Positions 1 through 14,399 of a DNA stretch of 64,000 nt are shown here, in pieces; position 1 is the first letter of the stretch; every line of letters starts with the position of its first letter. The notes beneath the pieces are model-generated. The model ran no database searches and was not told where the DNA came from. It was given only the letters and a program-made list of their open reading frames with translations. This DNA comes from Podarcis melisellensis (Eukaryota): NCBI GenBank assembly GCA_964234715.1, contig OZ174277.1; one strand, given 5' to 3'. Position numbers and translations under genes: made by a program.

Positions 1-78
1 CAATCTGGCTTTAGCATTTTAAACGTAAAGGCAAGTTAACTACTTTAACTAACACACACAAACTTGTCGTGCTCTTAC

Positions 79-268
79 CTCTATCTGCTTTTTCAGTTCT
101 CTTCCAGAAGCACTGTCCTGAACAGCGCGTTCTCGTTGTGATGCGTCTGCAAGCACGTTAACTGTAGCTTCTGCTTCTTGTATCCACTTGAGGAAACTTT
201 CAAGGTCTTTGAGCAAGGCATGCACTGCCTTCAGCTCAGCCTCCAAAGCATTCTGCCTATTAGATGTT
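79..268 (-). CDS. UTRN: UTRN exon (190 nt, DMD exon 55 equivalent)
   Basis: cag|A ACA TCT AAT AGG...ATA GAG|gtaaga; TSNRQNALEAELKAVHALLKDLESFLKWIQEAEATVNVLADAS...KQIE. Confidence 0.95.
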
Positions 269-1549
269 CTGTAGGGAAGAAAAATAACACTGACCTCAGA
301 AAAATTGCAAAAAGTAATCATTAAATCTAAGACAGAGCAGTTGGTGCGCATTTGTTTTGGTGCATTATGCCACAGGTTCTAGAATTTCTATGCTTATTCA
401 TTTACTTGCAAGATGCAACAATTTATGAAAAATAATTCAATATACCAAATACTCCTCTTCTTGCTGTAACCATATTGCAATGTTGCAAGTGTGAGGAACT
501 TAACTGCACACTTTCAGGACGTTGTGAAGCAAGCAAATAGTTTTTTCGCAATGAATGAAAACAACTCCCTAAAGTGTACAGACCACAATGCTGTTAAAAA
601 GTGGAACAGATGTTCTTTATTTTATCACTTACTTGGGAGATTGCAACTACTCCTTTAATAGAATCATAATTTATTTGAGAGTTTCTTTCATATTTCACAT
701 ATTGCACCTATTACACACCTCAATATTCTGTAAACATTTGCAACACTTTTGACTTTGACTGACCTTCATCTTTCCAAACTGAAATGAATTCAGGCAACAT
801 GATCAACTCACAGGATTTAATTTTTGAAGATTGTTTTGGTGATAATCTATTGGTAGGCTAAGAAGGTGCCAAATCTATATATTTTTTCCTGCCAAAAAAT
901 CTGCAATACGTAAGTGCCAAATTGCAGAGCTATAGTACCAAAAGCATCCTCTCCAAATATCTACTTCAAGTATTATATCATTGAATAATACGTTATTTTA
1001 AAGTATTGGTGATTGCTGGCACAATGGTTGAACTTTGTGTGCATGCTTTTTTTTTTTAAGAAACACAAAGAATGAATAGATCACATTTCAATTATATGTT
1101 TAAAATAAATAGTTAAGAACTTTTTTTAAGGCAGCTACAACTTTGCTCATATTTAAAAGATAAATGCATGGGGCTTAGGACCTCTAGACATAATAATAAT
1201 TTCTCCATCTTCAGTTTTGAGCCAACACAAAATACAGTTCTATATGAAAGAATTTTACCATCACAGAACATTACTATCCAGAAGATTTAGTATGTGCAGC
1301 TACCGACAGCAGAATCCACACACTTCCACAAATTAAATTTTATGCCGGAGTGCTCCAACAAAATTGTAGTTACTTCCCACAAGATCTTTTCAGCATTTAG
1401 CAAAAAATACATATCCAGATTTCCTACCAAAGCATCTTAATATAATTACTGATCTGCAGTAAGATATTTTCTTGTGATTCCTAATAGCCAGTGTGTGGAG
1501 CCACCATATAAGGTGAAGTGGGACCTGTGCCAGTATGGAACATACCTAT

Positions 1550-1551
<2 letters not shown>

Positions 1552-1635
<84 letters not shown>
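1552..1635. repeat. Compound microsatellite (GT)n(GA)n
   Basis: Directly visible. Confidence 0.98.
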
Positions 1636-1638
<3 letters not shown>

Positions 1639-1719
1639 CACACACTCACTCACACATGCACCCACACCACCCACTCACATAAAATATCAAAGAGATGCAC
1701 AACATAAAAACACAATACA

Positions 1720-2170
1720 AAAAAAGCCCAAGAATGACCGGTTTGTCTAAAAAAGGAAATTAAATAACTGAATAGGCATTAAAAGCCTTAAAGAGACATC
1801 TGAAGGTTAACAGTGAGGACACCTGCTGAATCTCTGTTGGAAGAGTATTCCAGAGCATGAGACCAGAGGTACTAATAGCCTGACATCTAGTTGGGGCCAG
1901 CAGGGCTTCTGAGATACAGGGGACCACCAACTGTGCCCCTCCAGATGATCTCCTATGTAAAACCCTGTGTGAACTGCAGCATAAAATAATAAACTAATGC
2001 AACAGTCCATGTGATAGTTACTACTACTCACAGATCCAGATCTAAATAACTGTGAAATTAGTTCCAAGAACAAATTGTAAAACAGCTCTGCCTAAATGAG
2101 AAATGTTTGGTGAAAATATGGGCAGATATTCAGATGATGGATGATTTCCATGAAATGATTATCATTAAGA
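1720..2170 (-). mobile_element. Old L2 LINE 3' fragment
   Basis: Nucleotide similarity to the L2 3' end at 35.2-35.6 kb (GACATCTGAAGG...TTCCAGAGC). Confidence 0.55.
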
Positions 2171-4835
2171 TCAACAACTGCTAATGTCTTGGCATGCTTA
2201 TTCATGCTCTCCTGTTTTAAATTCTGAAATAATCCATGTAGTGTATTATGGATCAGGATTAAGCCATGGTTTTATAACCTGGTTTGTAGAGATCACTTAA
2301 ACCACAGTTCTCCAGTCCTGACAAAATTAGAACCTGCAGTTTAACAAACCTCTGGTGTGTGAGAGGCAATGGTAGATGAACTAGGAGCACACATACACAC
2401 ATCCATGTCTCTTAGTCCTACATACATCGTGAGACAGCACACCCCTCAAACTCCTCCGCTAAATGCCCTTGCAAATGCCCCTTGGTCATGAGAGCTTCAC
2501 CTGCTGGATTTCTTCCTGTGGTGCATTAACTAAGTGGCCCGAATCTACCTGAATATTATCAAGAAGCATGTGTGCAATAAAGAGATAAAGTAGAGATATT
2601 TGTTCATTAAAGTATACAAAGATGCAATCCTGTGCACCCTTAACTAAGAATAAATCCCATTTCATGTAAGTATATTTAAGATCGTGCACTAGGATTGTGC
2701 TGTTTTTGGAGTATAGGGATGCTGCCAAGGCAGAAAAACAAAAGCTAAGGAGAAAGTAAAGATGCTATGAACCACATGATCTTGTGAATGTATCAGGTGA
2801 CTTGCTGGATCAGAGGAAATATCCATTTAGTCCAGAACATTGTCCAGCCAGGTGCATCTAGGAACACATAACATGAGCACAGTAGGATAGAACCATGTTT
2901 TGTTCATCCCCAGCTGCTGGACAGAGGTAACATTGAAATTCCCCTTCTTAGTACTGTTCAATGTGTTTTCAAGTCTTGAGTCCAAAATCTGTTCCCTGCG
3001 TAGTCCTAGTTAATTTAAAGCACAATAGCACTTCAACAAGATAAAGCAAAAGCAAAAGAATTGTCAGGTAACAGGAAGTCCAAATCCACGTAACCTTTGA
3101 ATCACCAATAAAGCTAACAACAAGAAGTTAAAGGGCTAATGAAGTTAAAGGTAAATCTAACTTCATATTTGCTGTAGCTTTACAGAACTCCAAAAAGTCC
3201 AAAGAATAACTTTGCTGATTATCATAATGGGGGAGAGGAGTTATAGATGAGCACATGCATGACTGAAACAGTGGTTTTAAAGTTGCAAGGAGGGTGTCCT
3301 ATTTTTAAAATCCCTTTTAGGGGTTTTTAAAACATGAAAGTAGACTTTTTAAAAAGTCTAGACTAAATTCAAGAAATAATATCTGAGTCTGAGACTGGGG
3401 ACAAAGAATGTAATTTATTCATCCAGGTTACAGAGATACTGACAAATTACCCAGTCTCAGCCCTGAAGTATAAACAATTATTGCCCACTGTGTAGCATAT
3501 CTAATTTATACAGCAGCTCGAATTTGAGAGGGCAATCTCTTCAATGCCAGTGGTTTTAAAATGGTCTGAATTAATATAACAAGCAGGGACATGTTGGTTT
3601 TAAAGAAGTTTCAATTAGAGAAAATGCTGAAATTCTCCATTATTTTCAGCAGTCCTTTACTCTCAGATGTTGTTAATCTTTCTTTTCCTTGCTGTTAATA
3701 ATCCATTTTAATTGCTTTTAACTGTTTTTTTCTGATAATTTTAGTATTTCTTGTAAGCAGAGGTTTTGCTATAATCAAGCAGTATATACATTTTGCTACA
3801 TACACATAGATAAGCTCCAGCATGTTTACCTGCTTCATGGTTTGAAGTATTTAAACAGATTTCTAAATGTCGGTTTCCTCCTCCACCACATTTTCAAGAT
3901 AAAACATAATCCATCCAAGCTTCTTTTAAACAGCTGCTTGTTCACTTTTGCCTTCAAAGCCTGTTTCACTGCTTGGCTTCATTTACAATAAGATTGCACT
4001 GTTCCTATCAAGTCCCAATACAAATTCCTCCATAATTTACCTTAAAATTATTGGCCAGTTTTTTAACCTTCAAATCTTCATGCCAAAACAAATTAGCCAT
4101 ATACTACCCTAATGTTACCTGCAAAGTTATTTTATTTTAGAAATGTTGCAACTATCAATACTTTGCAATGCATATTGAGCACATTGAGAATGAGCATACT
4201 ATATTTTTGTTCTCCAGCACCATGAAGTATATACATTTTATTATTTGAATACATATTTTCCAAGTCTATGATATTTTATAACATATACATGAAGTCTAAT
4301 AATTATACTCAACCTGCCTGAAAGAGAGTTGATGTACAGAAACCACAAATGCTAACAAAAGATAAAGGGAAATCCAGACAAGAAGGGACTCTTGGGTCTT
4401 AACACAGTGAAAGTGACAGGACTGATGAAATTATGTAGAATGATGAAAAAAGGCAACATAAAAACAAACCATCTTCACATCTCTAGAGGAATTTTTTTTC
4501 GGGTTAAAATAAAATTGTTCAAGGTAACGAAGAGAATGATAGCTGGAGGCAGAAAACATACTATTATACAAAGAAGGAATTGTGACTCAACTGCAAGAAG
4601 TTTATTTTCAAATGGGAAAAATCATTAACTCTATTCCTTTCAGGATCAGTCAGGGAGCTTCTGTGGCTTAAAACACTAAAAACTGAAGTTGAGGGATATT
4701 TTCTCAAAGTGTAATCCAGGACTCCACAGAGGACAGAAGGCTTTCTTGGAGAGGATTACTAATACAAGGGAATGAGGTACATCCATGAGGCAATAGTCTG
4801 CTTTGACAATGTTACTGCTTGTGAAGACTCTAACT

Positions 4836-5163
4836 CAGGGGTGCAGAACTTTTGGCTCGTGGACCTAATCTGGAAGGCCATTTCCACCAACTATGCCCAC
4901 TTGCTCTACAGCTGATGCCATATACGACCTCAGGCATGGGGCAGGTAAAGAAACATCTGACTCATCCAAAAGTCCATTTGCAGGCACTGACAATCAGTTG
5001 ATTGATTGCTGGGTCTTGCTAAAGCCCTTGCAAAGTGCTCTTTTGTGGAGAAACAGCACTCAGCAAGACCCATATGGACAAAAAAGTCAGGTCAAACTTG
5101 GCCTGCAAGAGATGGGGGAAATAATGATCAAGCCCACTGGCCAGATCCATTTCCCTACCCCTG
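4836..5163. mobile_element. Decayed hAT-like MITE
   Basis: CAGGGGTG...TACCCCTG termini; central CAATCAGTTGATTG quasi-palindrome. Confidence 0.5.
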
Positions 5164-5924
5164 TGCTAGCCTGTGGACATAGGGATGTCCAAGGTGTGTT
5201 GCACATGCATAATCTTTTCCTTTGACCACTATTTGACTGGGTCAGGCAGAATGCTGCTAAACAATGGTGTGTTCTAGTTACATTGAAGGAGACACAGATA
5301 GCTGTTTTTCTGCTCAAGGACTTTCCATAATGAAATCTGTTATTTCCTGGCACTACAGTACTTGGGGCTGAACCAAATGAGATGCATGCTCACATTTTTT
5401 GGAAACATCAAAAAGCACCTTTCAACCATTTTCCAGAAATGACTTCAAGAAGGAATTGAAAATGTTTCCATATTCAGGAAGCACTGCTTTCACTTTCAGT
5501 AGGTTTGGTGTACCCTTGGTGATAGGGATGTCAAGAAAATCCAAAAGCACAAGACAGTTGACAACATAGCATAGACAAGGAAGAGGTGGGCAATCTTGAT
5601 GGAGCACTCCTCTCAATCAGTGCTGGAAATGCTGATTAGAAAAGTAGTTAATGATACAACCTTTTTTCCCCAAAAACAGGCACCTTCCTAAGAGCCCATA
5701 TTTATTAAACAAATGTCTCAGGAACTTTAAAGACCTGGCTACACATGGATCCATGCTGGAAAAAAGAATCAGAAATCTGACCAGCTTCATTTGGCTTACA
5801 CTGCACAAAGGAACAGTTTAGGGTTCTTCCTAGATTTAGACACACTTGGTAAGAAAGCCCCCAATTTAGGTTACACCTGAATTAATAGAATATGCCTTTG
5901 AGGCACACGTTTGTTTGCACATAC

Positions 5925-6079
5925 CTTTGTTTCAAGTTGATCCATGAGGTATTCAAGTGATCCATTATTTCCTTCACTTTTCTTGTGTCATCACCATTGT
6001 AGTCTTGAAGAAGTTTGTTTGATAGATCATTGAATTGACTCATCTTGGTATCCCCTTTATCTAGATCCTGTAGTAACAT
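5925..6079 (-). CDS. UTRN: UTRN exon (155 nt, DMD exon 54 equivalent)
   Basis: tag|ATG TTA...CAA AG|gtatgt; MLLQDLDKGD...TSWINLKQR. Confidence 0.95.
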
Positions 6080-6439
6080 CTAAGCAACAAATTCAGAGTA
6101 GTTAAGAAAAAGCAAGAGGGGGGTATCAGTGTAAAACTGAAAACCAAATATGGTTTCTCAAACTCTGACTATATTTTTTAATTAAAGGGTCACTCTTTCA
6201 TCTGATGTTGTGAACTACAAAAATAAAAAAATGACAAATCAGGAAGGAAGAAGGGTCTGTTCCACAGAGACATCAACTACAATCTTAATAGAAAGGAACA
6301 GCCCCATGATTCTGCAATCTAGCAGAAACTCATCAATACTGTGGAAGGAGAATCAGAAAAGTATAAATCGCTCCTTTCCCCACAAATAAAATTCTGGTCA
6401 ATAAAGTGAATATGGGGAGGGGGCATAAAAAATATATTT

Positions 6440-6870
6440 AAAATTGTGTGTGATGTGTTGAAAGTATATAGGGAGACTCTTTACTCCCTTTCTCTTAATA
6501 CTTTAACATGGGGTCATCCACTGAAGCTGAATGTTGGAAGATTCAGGGCAGATGGAGAACATTTTTTCTTCATACAGTGCATAGTTGAAATAATGGCATT
6601 TACTACACAATATGTAGTGATAGCCACCAATGTGGTAGGCTTTAAAGGGGCTTTAGACAAATTCATGGATGCTAAGGCTATTGATGGCCGCTAGCTAGGG
6701 TGACTGTGTATTAAATCCAATATCAGAGGCAGTATTCCTCTAAATACCACTTGCAGAGGAACACAAGAGTGCTGTTGTGCTTACAGGCTTCCAATAGACA
6801 TCTGGTTCAGCACTGTGATAATAGGATGCTAGATTAGATAGGGCTTTGGTCTGATCCACCAGGATCCACC
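6440..6870 (+). mobile_element. CR1 LINE 3' end and UTR
   Basis: TWGHPLKLNVGRFR...FFIQ..V...FKGALDKFM. Confidence 0.85.
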
Positions 6871-8897
6871 AGATTTGGTTTATAGAAGTGATGAGGAGTT
6901 AAAAGAAAGTAGAGATGATTAAATGGCTTTAAGTGAACTTTCATTCCAGTGCATGGCAAAGATGTGGAGTTAGTCTCAACACCATGTTGGGAAGAGGTAC
7001 TGGGTCCAATTGTTTATTGTTTGCTCGTTATAATGGCTACTTCATCAATGGCCTTTGCTGTATTCTGTAATGAGTTGTGATGCAGGGCTGATCTTTCTCC
7101 CCTAATGACTCTAGTTCTTTTGGGTTATGAGAAGAGTTGAGGAGGGGATTACTGGAGGCTGATGTGGTGCCCTGCAGCAACCCAACCTCCTGCTTGCCAG
7201 ACAGAATCTATTTTAGGCTGAAGGGGCAAAATGTTCATCTCTTTCCTGTCAACTTCTTCCAGTCCTGCCTGCTAGCTAAAGGAAGGAACTGTAACATGAG
7301 TAAACTGCTTTCCCTAGCAACAGAGAATAGACTTTAACATCAGAGTCATTTTAAAGAGCATCTACTAGTGTCACTATATACCATGCATTTAGCATCAAAT
7401 GTGCTCTAAGGAGAAACATCCATGCCCCGGGGGTTCATAACCAAAGGTAGAAAGGACAAAGATGAAGGGCCACATTTTAAAAATAGCAAGGATCTATGGG
7501 TGAATCAATCATTTAAAAGGCTCTCCTGAAACATTCCTGCAAATCCTCAACTACTAAACTTTTCACATATTTGCTGTCTAGCCTTAAAAAGTAATTGGAG
7601 AGCTATGCTGTTCCAAACATAATATTAGTTGCAAAGTGCAAATGAGATTATATTTTATAGAGAAACTGTGGTCTGAATTTTATGTCCACTTAAACTATCA
7701 TAAATAATATGCAGATGTGCCTCCAACAACAACAAAACATGAATGATGTTTAAATCATTTGTTTTCCAAATAAAAATATACAATGCAGGTGAAACATTAT
7801 GCATGGTCATCTATAATAGAACAAATGAAATATATCCATAAATACTTATTTTTAGCCCTTCATGTTCCTTGTAACATTGCTGACATTTATTTGTGGTGTA
7901 TTTATTTGCAAGTTTAAAGTTCCATTATCCGTAATAACAATTATGGATATACACAGAAGCATGAAACAGACATAAACCCGGAATTAGTGATGAAGATTAT
8001 GTTGTACCATTAAAAATGAGCAGGTTTTTCATCTGTTTCTTAGCTGATGCTATAAGTAGCTGCTAATCTTGATTGTCAAAAGCAGTAAGACTCTGAATGC
8101 GAGTTGCTGGGAATCACAAGTGGGTCAAATGCTGTTGGGCTCCTGGCCTGCTTGTCCCATAGGAATCTATGAGAACCGCATGGAGGACTAGATGGACCTT
8201 CAGAAAGATCCAGCATGGATCTTATGTGTTTTTTAATTGACACTTTACAAAACATTTTTGAATGTGGATGTTGCTTAGATTTGAAAAGATCTATTCAGCA
8301 AGGTTTTACAAGCGGACAAACTAATTTTACACTCCAGTGGATTAAAGATGGAAGGCAAGGGGACTGGTGGATCCCAGCCAGAATGATCAAGTGATCCTCA
8401 GCATAAGTATGACTAAATCAGGGAGAAGGGATGAGTAAAATGTGTGTGTGTGTTCCTATGCAAAGCAAATGTTTTGCTAGTCAGTATTGATAGTACTGAG
8501 CTGTATGGCCCAATGGTCTAACTCAGAATAATGCAGCTTCCTATATGCTGGGGAGCATTCAAGTTCTATGTGCATTTTGAAGCTCTACTTTAAAACGTAG
8601 GCTTCCAATCTTTAGAATAGGTTTATCAGCCTTTACAAGGTCCTTCAGGAGAAAGGAGAAGATACAAATTTAATAAATGATAATAAGTCATTCTCAAAGG
8701 CAACTTCTTTCAAAAGGTAGCTGCAGAAACAACTAACTTTCAACAAGTATTTTGAATTTAAAGAAAGCAATTTTTCATCTACAAAATGTAAATTGTCAAT
8801 TATCAAATATATTTTTCTGGGCATGTGAATAAGACAAGTGCAAGATGGATTCATAAACCATTCAGAGAATCAAATTAGAAAGCACATTTTAACTTAC

Positions 8898-9103
8898 TTT
8901 GTTTTCAGCAATCTGCTTGGTGAGCTTCTCTTTAGGAGACTGCAGAAGGGCATGCAGGTGGATCTCATATTGTCCAATTAGCTTCTCCATTTCTTGCTTC
9001 TGGTCATCCCACTTCATGCTGTCAGAAAGCATGCGTTTTAACTGCTGCTGACGTACTTCTACCCCATGTTGTGTACTATCCCATTGGTTCTTAACTTTCT
9101 CCA
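8898..9103 (-). CDS. UTRN: UTRN exon (206 nt, DMD exon 53 equivalent)
   Basis: cag|TG GAG AAA...AAC AAA|gtaagt; EKVKNQWDSTQHGVEVRQQQL...QIAENK. Confidence 0.95.
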
Positions 9104-9648
9104 CTGAAAAAGACAAAAGAGGAACATGTAACCAAACAAGAAAGCATTTTGTGGCTATTACATTATCCTCAATCTTTCTGTTACTCAGAGTAACCATCCA
9201 AAAATCACTGAAGCCAACCCTGAGCCCTTGGGAAGCTGTTACGCACAGCTCTCACAAACTAACCCATTCATCTTCACAGGAGGACAGGTTCATTTCTACA
9301 CATGGATTCCCTTTGCTAGACACACACTCTCTCTCAAGCACACACATTTATGCTACAAGCATAAATGCATATTCATAATTACCACTAAATGTCCCTCCTC
9401 CTCCAGGCCAATATTAGTTCAAATGTATAAAGAAGCAATGAAGCTCCCACCACTCCCACATATAGCTTGCTTTTCTTTATGCTGGACTCTGATATGTGGT
9501 AAAATTTCAGGTCTCCTCCATATTCCATCCTGGCTCCAACCATGACTTGCCAGATTATGTCAGTCTCCACCCAGGCCATTGCAAGCTCTGACTCCTGCAT
9601 CCCTTCAGTAGTTACTATCAATAAAAATTGGTCACCTTTACCCTAGCG

Positions 9649-9786
9649 CAGGCACCCCCAAACTCGGCCCTCCAGATGTTTTTTCAGACTACAATTCCCA
9701 TCATCCCTGACCACAGGTCCTGTTAGCTAGGGATGATGGGAGTTGCAGTCCCAAAATATCTGGAGGGCCGAGTTTGGGGATGCCTG
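9649..9786. mobile_element. hAT-type palindromic MITE (138 bp)
   Basis: Near-perfect hairpin CAGGCACCCCCAAACTCGGCCCTCCAGAT...ATCTGGAGGGCCGAGTTTGGGGATGCCTG; 8-bp TSD CCCTAGCG / CTCTAGCG. Confidence 0.9.
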
Positions 9787-9849
9787 CTCTAGCGTAACTA
9801 TTGCGCATTTGTATCCATCTCCTCACACTTCTGTCCACTAGGAACATAC

Positions 9850-9967
9850 ATTTCTCTGTGATCGCTGTCCTAACATCAGAACTTGATGTTTTGTTTTTCA
9901 GATTCTGGGCCAAGGTAAAAACAAAATCCAGCCGGGGATGTCGATGTTCTAAGTCTTCTTTTGTTAT
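9850..9967 (-). CDS. UTRN: UTRN exon (118 nt, DMD exon 52 equivalent)
   Basis: cag|ATA ACA...AAA T|gtatgt; [39 protein letters not shown]. Confidence 0.95.
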
Positions 9968-11671
9968 CTGTTAAGAGACAGGATTAAAATGTGTTACTTT
10001 CTGAGATTTAAATAAAGAATAAACCATGTCAACAATATTCACATTTATATTACAGAAGGTTATCAAGTTAGTAACTTCTTAATCAACATATTACAATGTT
10101 CTCACTACTTCTGTACTAACCAATATGATCAACATATTAAAATAAAGGCTCAACATTTTTTGCGGTATCTATACAGAGATGAGACATGAGTGGATGAGAA
10201 AATAAACCTGGTAAAAATCATATTGTTGGGCTGGGCTTAACTTTGCAGACTTTCATGCATTCTGTGCCATATCCTCAGGCTATCAGAACATCTTACCTAT
10301 ATTTATCCGCTCCGAGGGTGTGGGGCAGGGTGTGGACATTTGCAATATTTTATTTTGGTCCTTAGGACTTCACACACTATATATTCAGTACTACTTTCGC
10401 AAGAAAATTCCATTTTTACCTGCATGAGTACCATTTTAACCAGCCTTTTCTTCACATCAAGTAACTGAAATCTCTACAATGAGCCATTATAGTCATAATA
10501 AGTTTGTGTGTCCAAAGACAGGCAGCTGAAAGGACCTCAGAGATCAATCCCATGAAATTGCATTACATGTATTATTGCAGCAAAGTGTTTGACAATTAAT
10601 TTGACCACTGCTATGAAGGTTATGTTTAAAACACACACACAAGTACCCTAAAGCTGTTAGTTACTGCTTGCTTTCACTTCGCTATGTTGCTAATATCACA
10701 AGCAAGGAAAATGTCAACATAAATATGTGTAATCACTTCCCTTTTAACTTCAGCCAGTGCAATTTTAAATGTCGGTGTAGATATTCACATCTCTCTTTAA
10801 ACAATCACAGGCTGCCTAAGGCTGGATCCCAATGTTTAACAATTATTGAGCAAGGCAATTAACCTACATTAATTGAATTTCATTATTTCTAGTTGAATGC
10901 ACTATACCTATTTGTAGATAATGATCATGTTTTGTGGAAGGTGAACGTGTTCTGGTAATCTGCATTGTATGTCATGTGCTAGACACAACAGAACACAACA
11001 CACATATAAATGAACACCCAGGAATCACTTATCAGTGTTGACTTCAAAATAGTAGGGCATCAGGTTACAGAAAGGTATTATACTAATAGGACTTAACCAT
11101 CAAACACAGAACAAATTCAGAAGCAATGTGTTAAAGAAGAAGCGCTCCTAAATGGGAGCACCATTAATCAAACAGCAAGACGAGGGCAAACACAGCATTG
11201 TTCATTGAGCAAGACTGTGCACATTTGCCACCTTCGCCTGCTTCAAGTTTTCCCAGCAACCTGCTTGGGGCAGAAGAAAAGTGGAGGCAGCAGTGCTTTG
11301 GGGTAGCCAGTCTTCAACAGCTTGCGATGGAGAAGGTTCAGTTGGAACTGGACACAAACCATTCATTGCTGCTGAGGATCCTCAGTGGGAAGGGGGCCCC
11401 AATTTCTTCTGCTCCAATATAAGTTTCAAGCAGGGTTGAGTAGAGTAAGGAGCAAAGGCAAGCACTTTATGCATGTTCCATCAAACATATGCAAAGTGTT
11501 CAAGTCTTTGTGAATATTCATTCGTAATACTCACAAAGGCTGAAAGCCTTTCAAGACAAGCAGAGAAATCATCCACATCTAAACCAAATTCTATCTTTTT
11601 CCACTAAAAAATAAAGCAGGGACTCAAAATATCTTCAGGATTTCAACACAACACTTCATGGCACCACATAC

Positions 11672-11886
11672 TTTCATGCGTGCAATTGTCCGATTGATTT
11701 CTTCAGCATTTCCCACAGTAACTATGTTGGACTTGAGCATCTGGTCAATCAGTGTCAACCAGTCAGCCAGTTCTGTTGTAGTTTTATCCAGATCAGCAGG
11801 TGCAGAAATTTCCAAAGCCTGCTGAGTTTGAGCAACATTTTCAGAGGCAGAGGACACTAGCACCATCTTTTGGAGAACAGGGTAAC
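11672..11886 (-). CDS. UTRN: UTRN exon (215 nt, DMD exon 51 equivalent)
   Basis: tag|GT TAC CCT...ATG AAA|gtatgt; [14 protein letters not shown]...[21 protein letters not shown]...RMK. Confidence 0.95.
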
Positions 11887-12672
11887 CTAAACAGGACAAC
11901 ACAATTCACTTGGTATTTAAAATTGAACTTAGTATGGTACTTGAATTTATTTACAGTTGGAAAAACAAGCAACAAAATACCAATTCTTGCCATTTTAAGA
12001 TTATGCTCTGTATTTTTTCTCCATCCCCATCTAAACAAGTTAAAAACCTTAAAGGGTTAGACTTCAGTTCCAAACATCATCTGGATTACTGCCTTCCTGG
12101 TCCAGAATGATGTGAAAATGTTGATGACATACTCATCACTGACAGATCTGATGAGGTGTGAGAAATTCACTGCCAATCCCAATACCCAGGCAGTTTAGGA
12201 ACATTCAAATAATGTGTGGTCAAAATCTACACATCGTTAAGCTGTCACCCACAGGAAAAGTCACAACCTGCAGCTGATCCTAGTTTAACATCTGATTAAG
12301 TTCCAGGAAGAAACAAATTCAAACATTTATTGCCAGTGAAAAAAATGCTACTGAGTCAGAAGCAAGAATTCATTGTTGATCCTCTGAATCATACTGATGG
12401 AAGAATATGTCAGTACAGAACTTCAAATGGTGAAAGGGATTAATTTCTGTTAATTTTGAAGTCTGCAAATGTACTTTCTTTTGTTCATAAAATGTATTAG
12501 AAGCCAATTTCCTTTCAATACATTTGGACGCATGGTCTTAGTGACTCAGTGCCATGCCCTTCAACAGAAACAGAATCTAAAATGTTCATGACCTTAAAGA
12601 TCAAAAAATGAGATGACAAAGGATACTGAAAACTGTCCTATAAAAGAAGCACGTTCTCTTTTCAGAGCTCAC

Positions 12673-12757
12673 CAGGTGGCATTGTCTGTGGCACCAGATG
12701 AAGCTGATGAACATGGGCCTCCAGTTCTCTTGCTCTGTTGGGTGCTTCTCTGAACAC
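12673..12757 (-). CDS. UTRN: UTRN exon (85 nt, hinge-3 region)
   Basis: tag|GTG TTC AGA GAA...CCT G|gtgagc; VFREAPNRARELEAHVHQLHLVPQTMPP. Supplies the phase 0 to phase 1 bridge the neighbours need. Not in the ORF track. Confidence 0.88.
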
Positions 12758-13054
12758 CTAATATGGCAGAGAAAAACGTCACATTACAAAAACCTTTTCA
12801 TGTCAAGAACTGAGGATTAACATTTTTAGCATTATACAGATAAAGCGATACTGCTATAGACAGCTGAGCACAAAATCCATTAACCCCCCAAGACCAAGAG
12901 TTTAGCGATGAAGGGGTTTGCATTTAGCCCCTAAAAAGGGTCTGGGGTGCATTTGAATGTAAGTTGCACATTTGGGATTCTTTACTAAGAATGGGTGGCA
13001 AAGGTGCAAAATGAAGAGCTCGGTATAGAGCCTGTTTGTCTGTCTGTCTATCTG

Positions 13055-13061
<7 letters not shown>

Positions 13062-13115
<54 letters not shown>
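13062..13115. repeat. Compound microsatellite (CT)n(CA)n, preceded by TGTC repeats
   Basis: Directly visible. Confidence 0.98.
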
Positions 13116-13116
<1 letters not shown>

Positions 13117-13309
13117 CTACATGTGCCAAATGCTATGACAACAAACATTGTGTTGTTCAGTGCAACTAAGAACTAGGGGAGGAGGAAAGAGTTGCAATAG
13201 TCATTCAAAGACTGAAATATAGTACCAAAAGCAGCTACTATTTGGGGAAGTACGATATTAACAATATACGTTAATACAAGTGAGTTATACCATAAGGAGG
13301 AATGATTGT

Positions 13310-13950
13310 GAATCCAAGCGGAAGTGTTAGGTGTCCTCAGTTATCATAACTGGGAGGCGGGGACAGTCTGTGCTGGACTGGATTGTACTTCCCTGGAATG
13401 AGCTTTGGGGTTTTCCTGGATCTAACACTGTGACTGGAGGCTCAGGTGCTAGCTAAGGTCCCTTTTGGACTCAGCTGACTTGGCCACTCTACCCCATGCC
13501 TTGGTAACCTCCAGACTGCATTATTGCAATGTGCTCTGTGTGGGGCTTGACAGTGTCTTAGAAACTCCAACTGGTCCTAATACAGCAGCAAAATATTGGA
13601 TGGCATTACATTCATTCATTCATACAACCCTGTTTTATTTAAAGCAGATGCATTTGTTGTCAGTTCATGTCTGGACCCAATTCAAGGTCATGCTAGTGTT
13701 TGAACTGATGGCTTAGGCCACCAATATATGAAATACCACATCCATCCCTGGAAGACTCCCTTGGGTGTTACGTTCAGTTACGCCACCCCCAGAAGCTCAG
13801 GGATGCATGTGTTCCAGGAGAGGACATTCTCTGTAGCAGTTGTGGAACTCTCTCCCCACAGAGCTGCTAGAGCTGCTACTGGTATCTTCACTATATAGTT
13901 TCCACTGAATGCTGAAGATACACCCCTTTAACCTGGCCTTTGGTACTTGA
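13310..13950 (+). mobile_element. Old L2 LINE fragment
   Basis: DLATLPHALVTSRLHYCNVL...QFKVML, C-terminal RT region of L2. Confidence 0.8.
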
Positions 13951-14399
13951 AATGTATACTTTTAGGAAACACACCCACCCCAGCCACAATTCTGATCATT
14001 TTAAGCTGCCACTTAGTACATTCCTGCTGGGAGCCCACCTCTTCAGAATGCAGACAACGGATTTCATGTTTGGTTGTTGATCCAATTAAAAGAATCGAAG
14101 AAGCAAAATAATAGAAATGGATATAAAGTGAGGACTAGGCTGGAACTTTTTTCTATGCCATGCTAGTTCCCCTACTTTTCTACAAGCTCAGCGGGTGATT
14201 CCTTCTGGGAAGAAAACATGGAGCCCTCTGTAAGTTGCTTTGAGCTTACTACACAAGTATAATAAATTAAATTAAAATTCATAAAGCATGAAGGATGTTT
14301 ACTTCCCACTTGTGAAAAGTATTCCAGGGTCACATTTAGGAATTCTGCTTCTGATACAATGCATGCTGCCTCAAACAAAAGAAAGCTATTGATCTAGAC

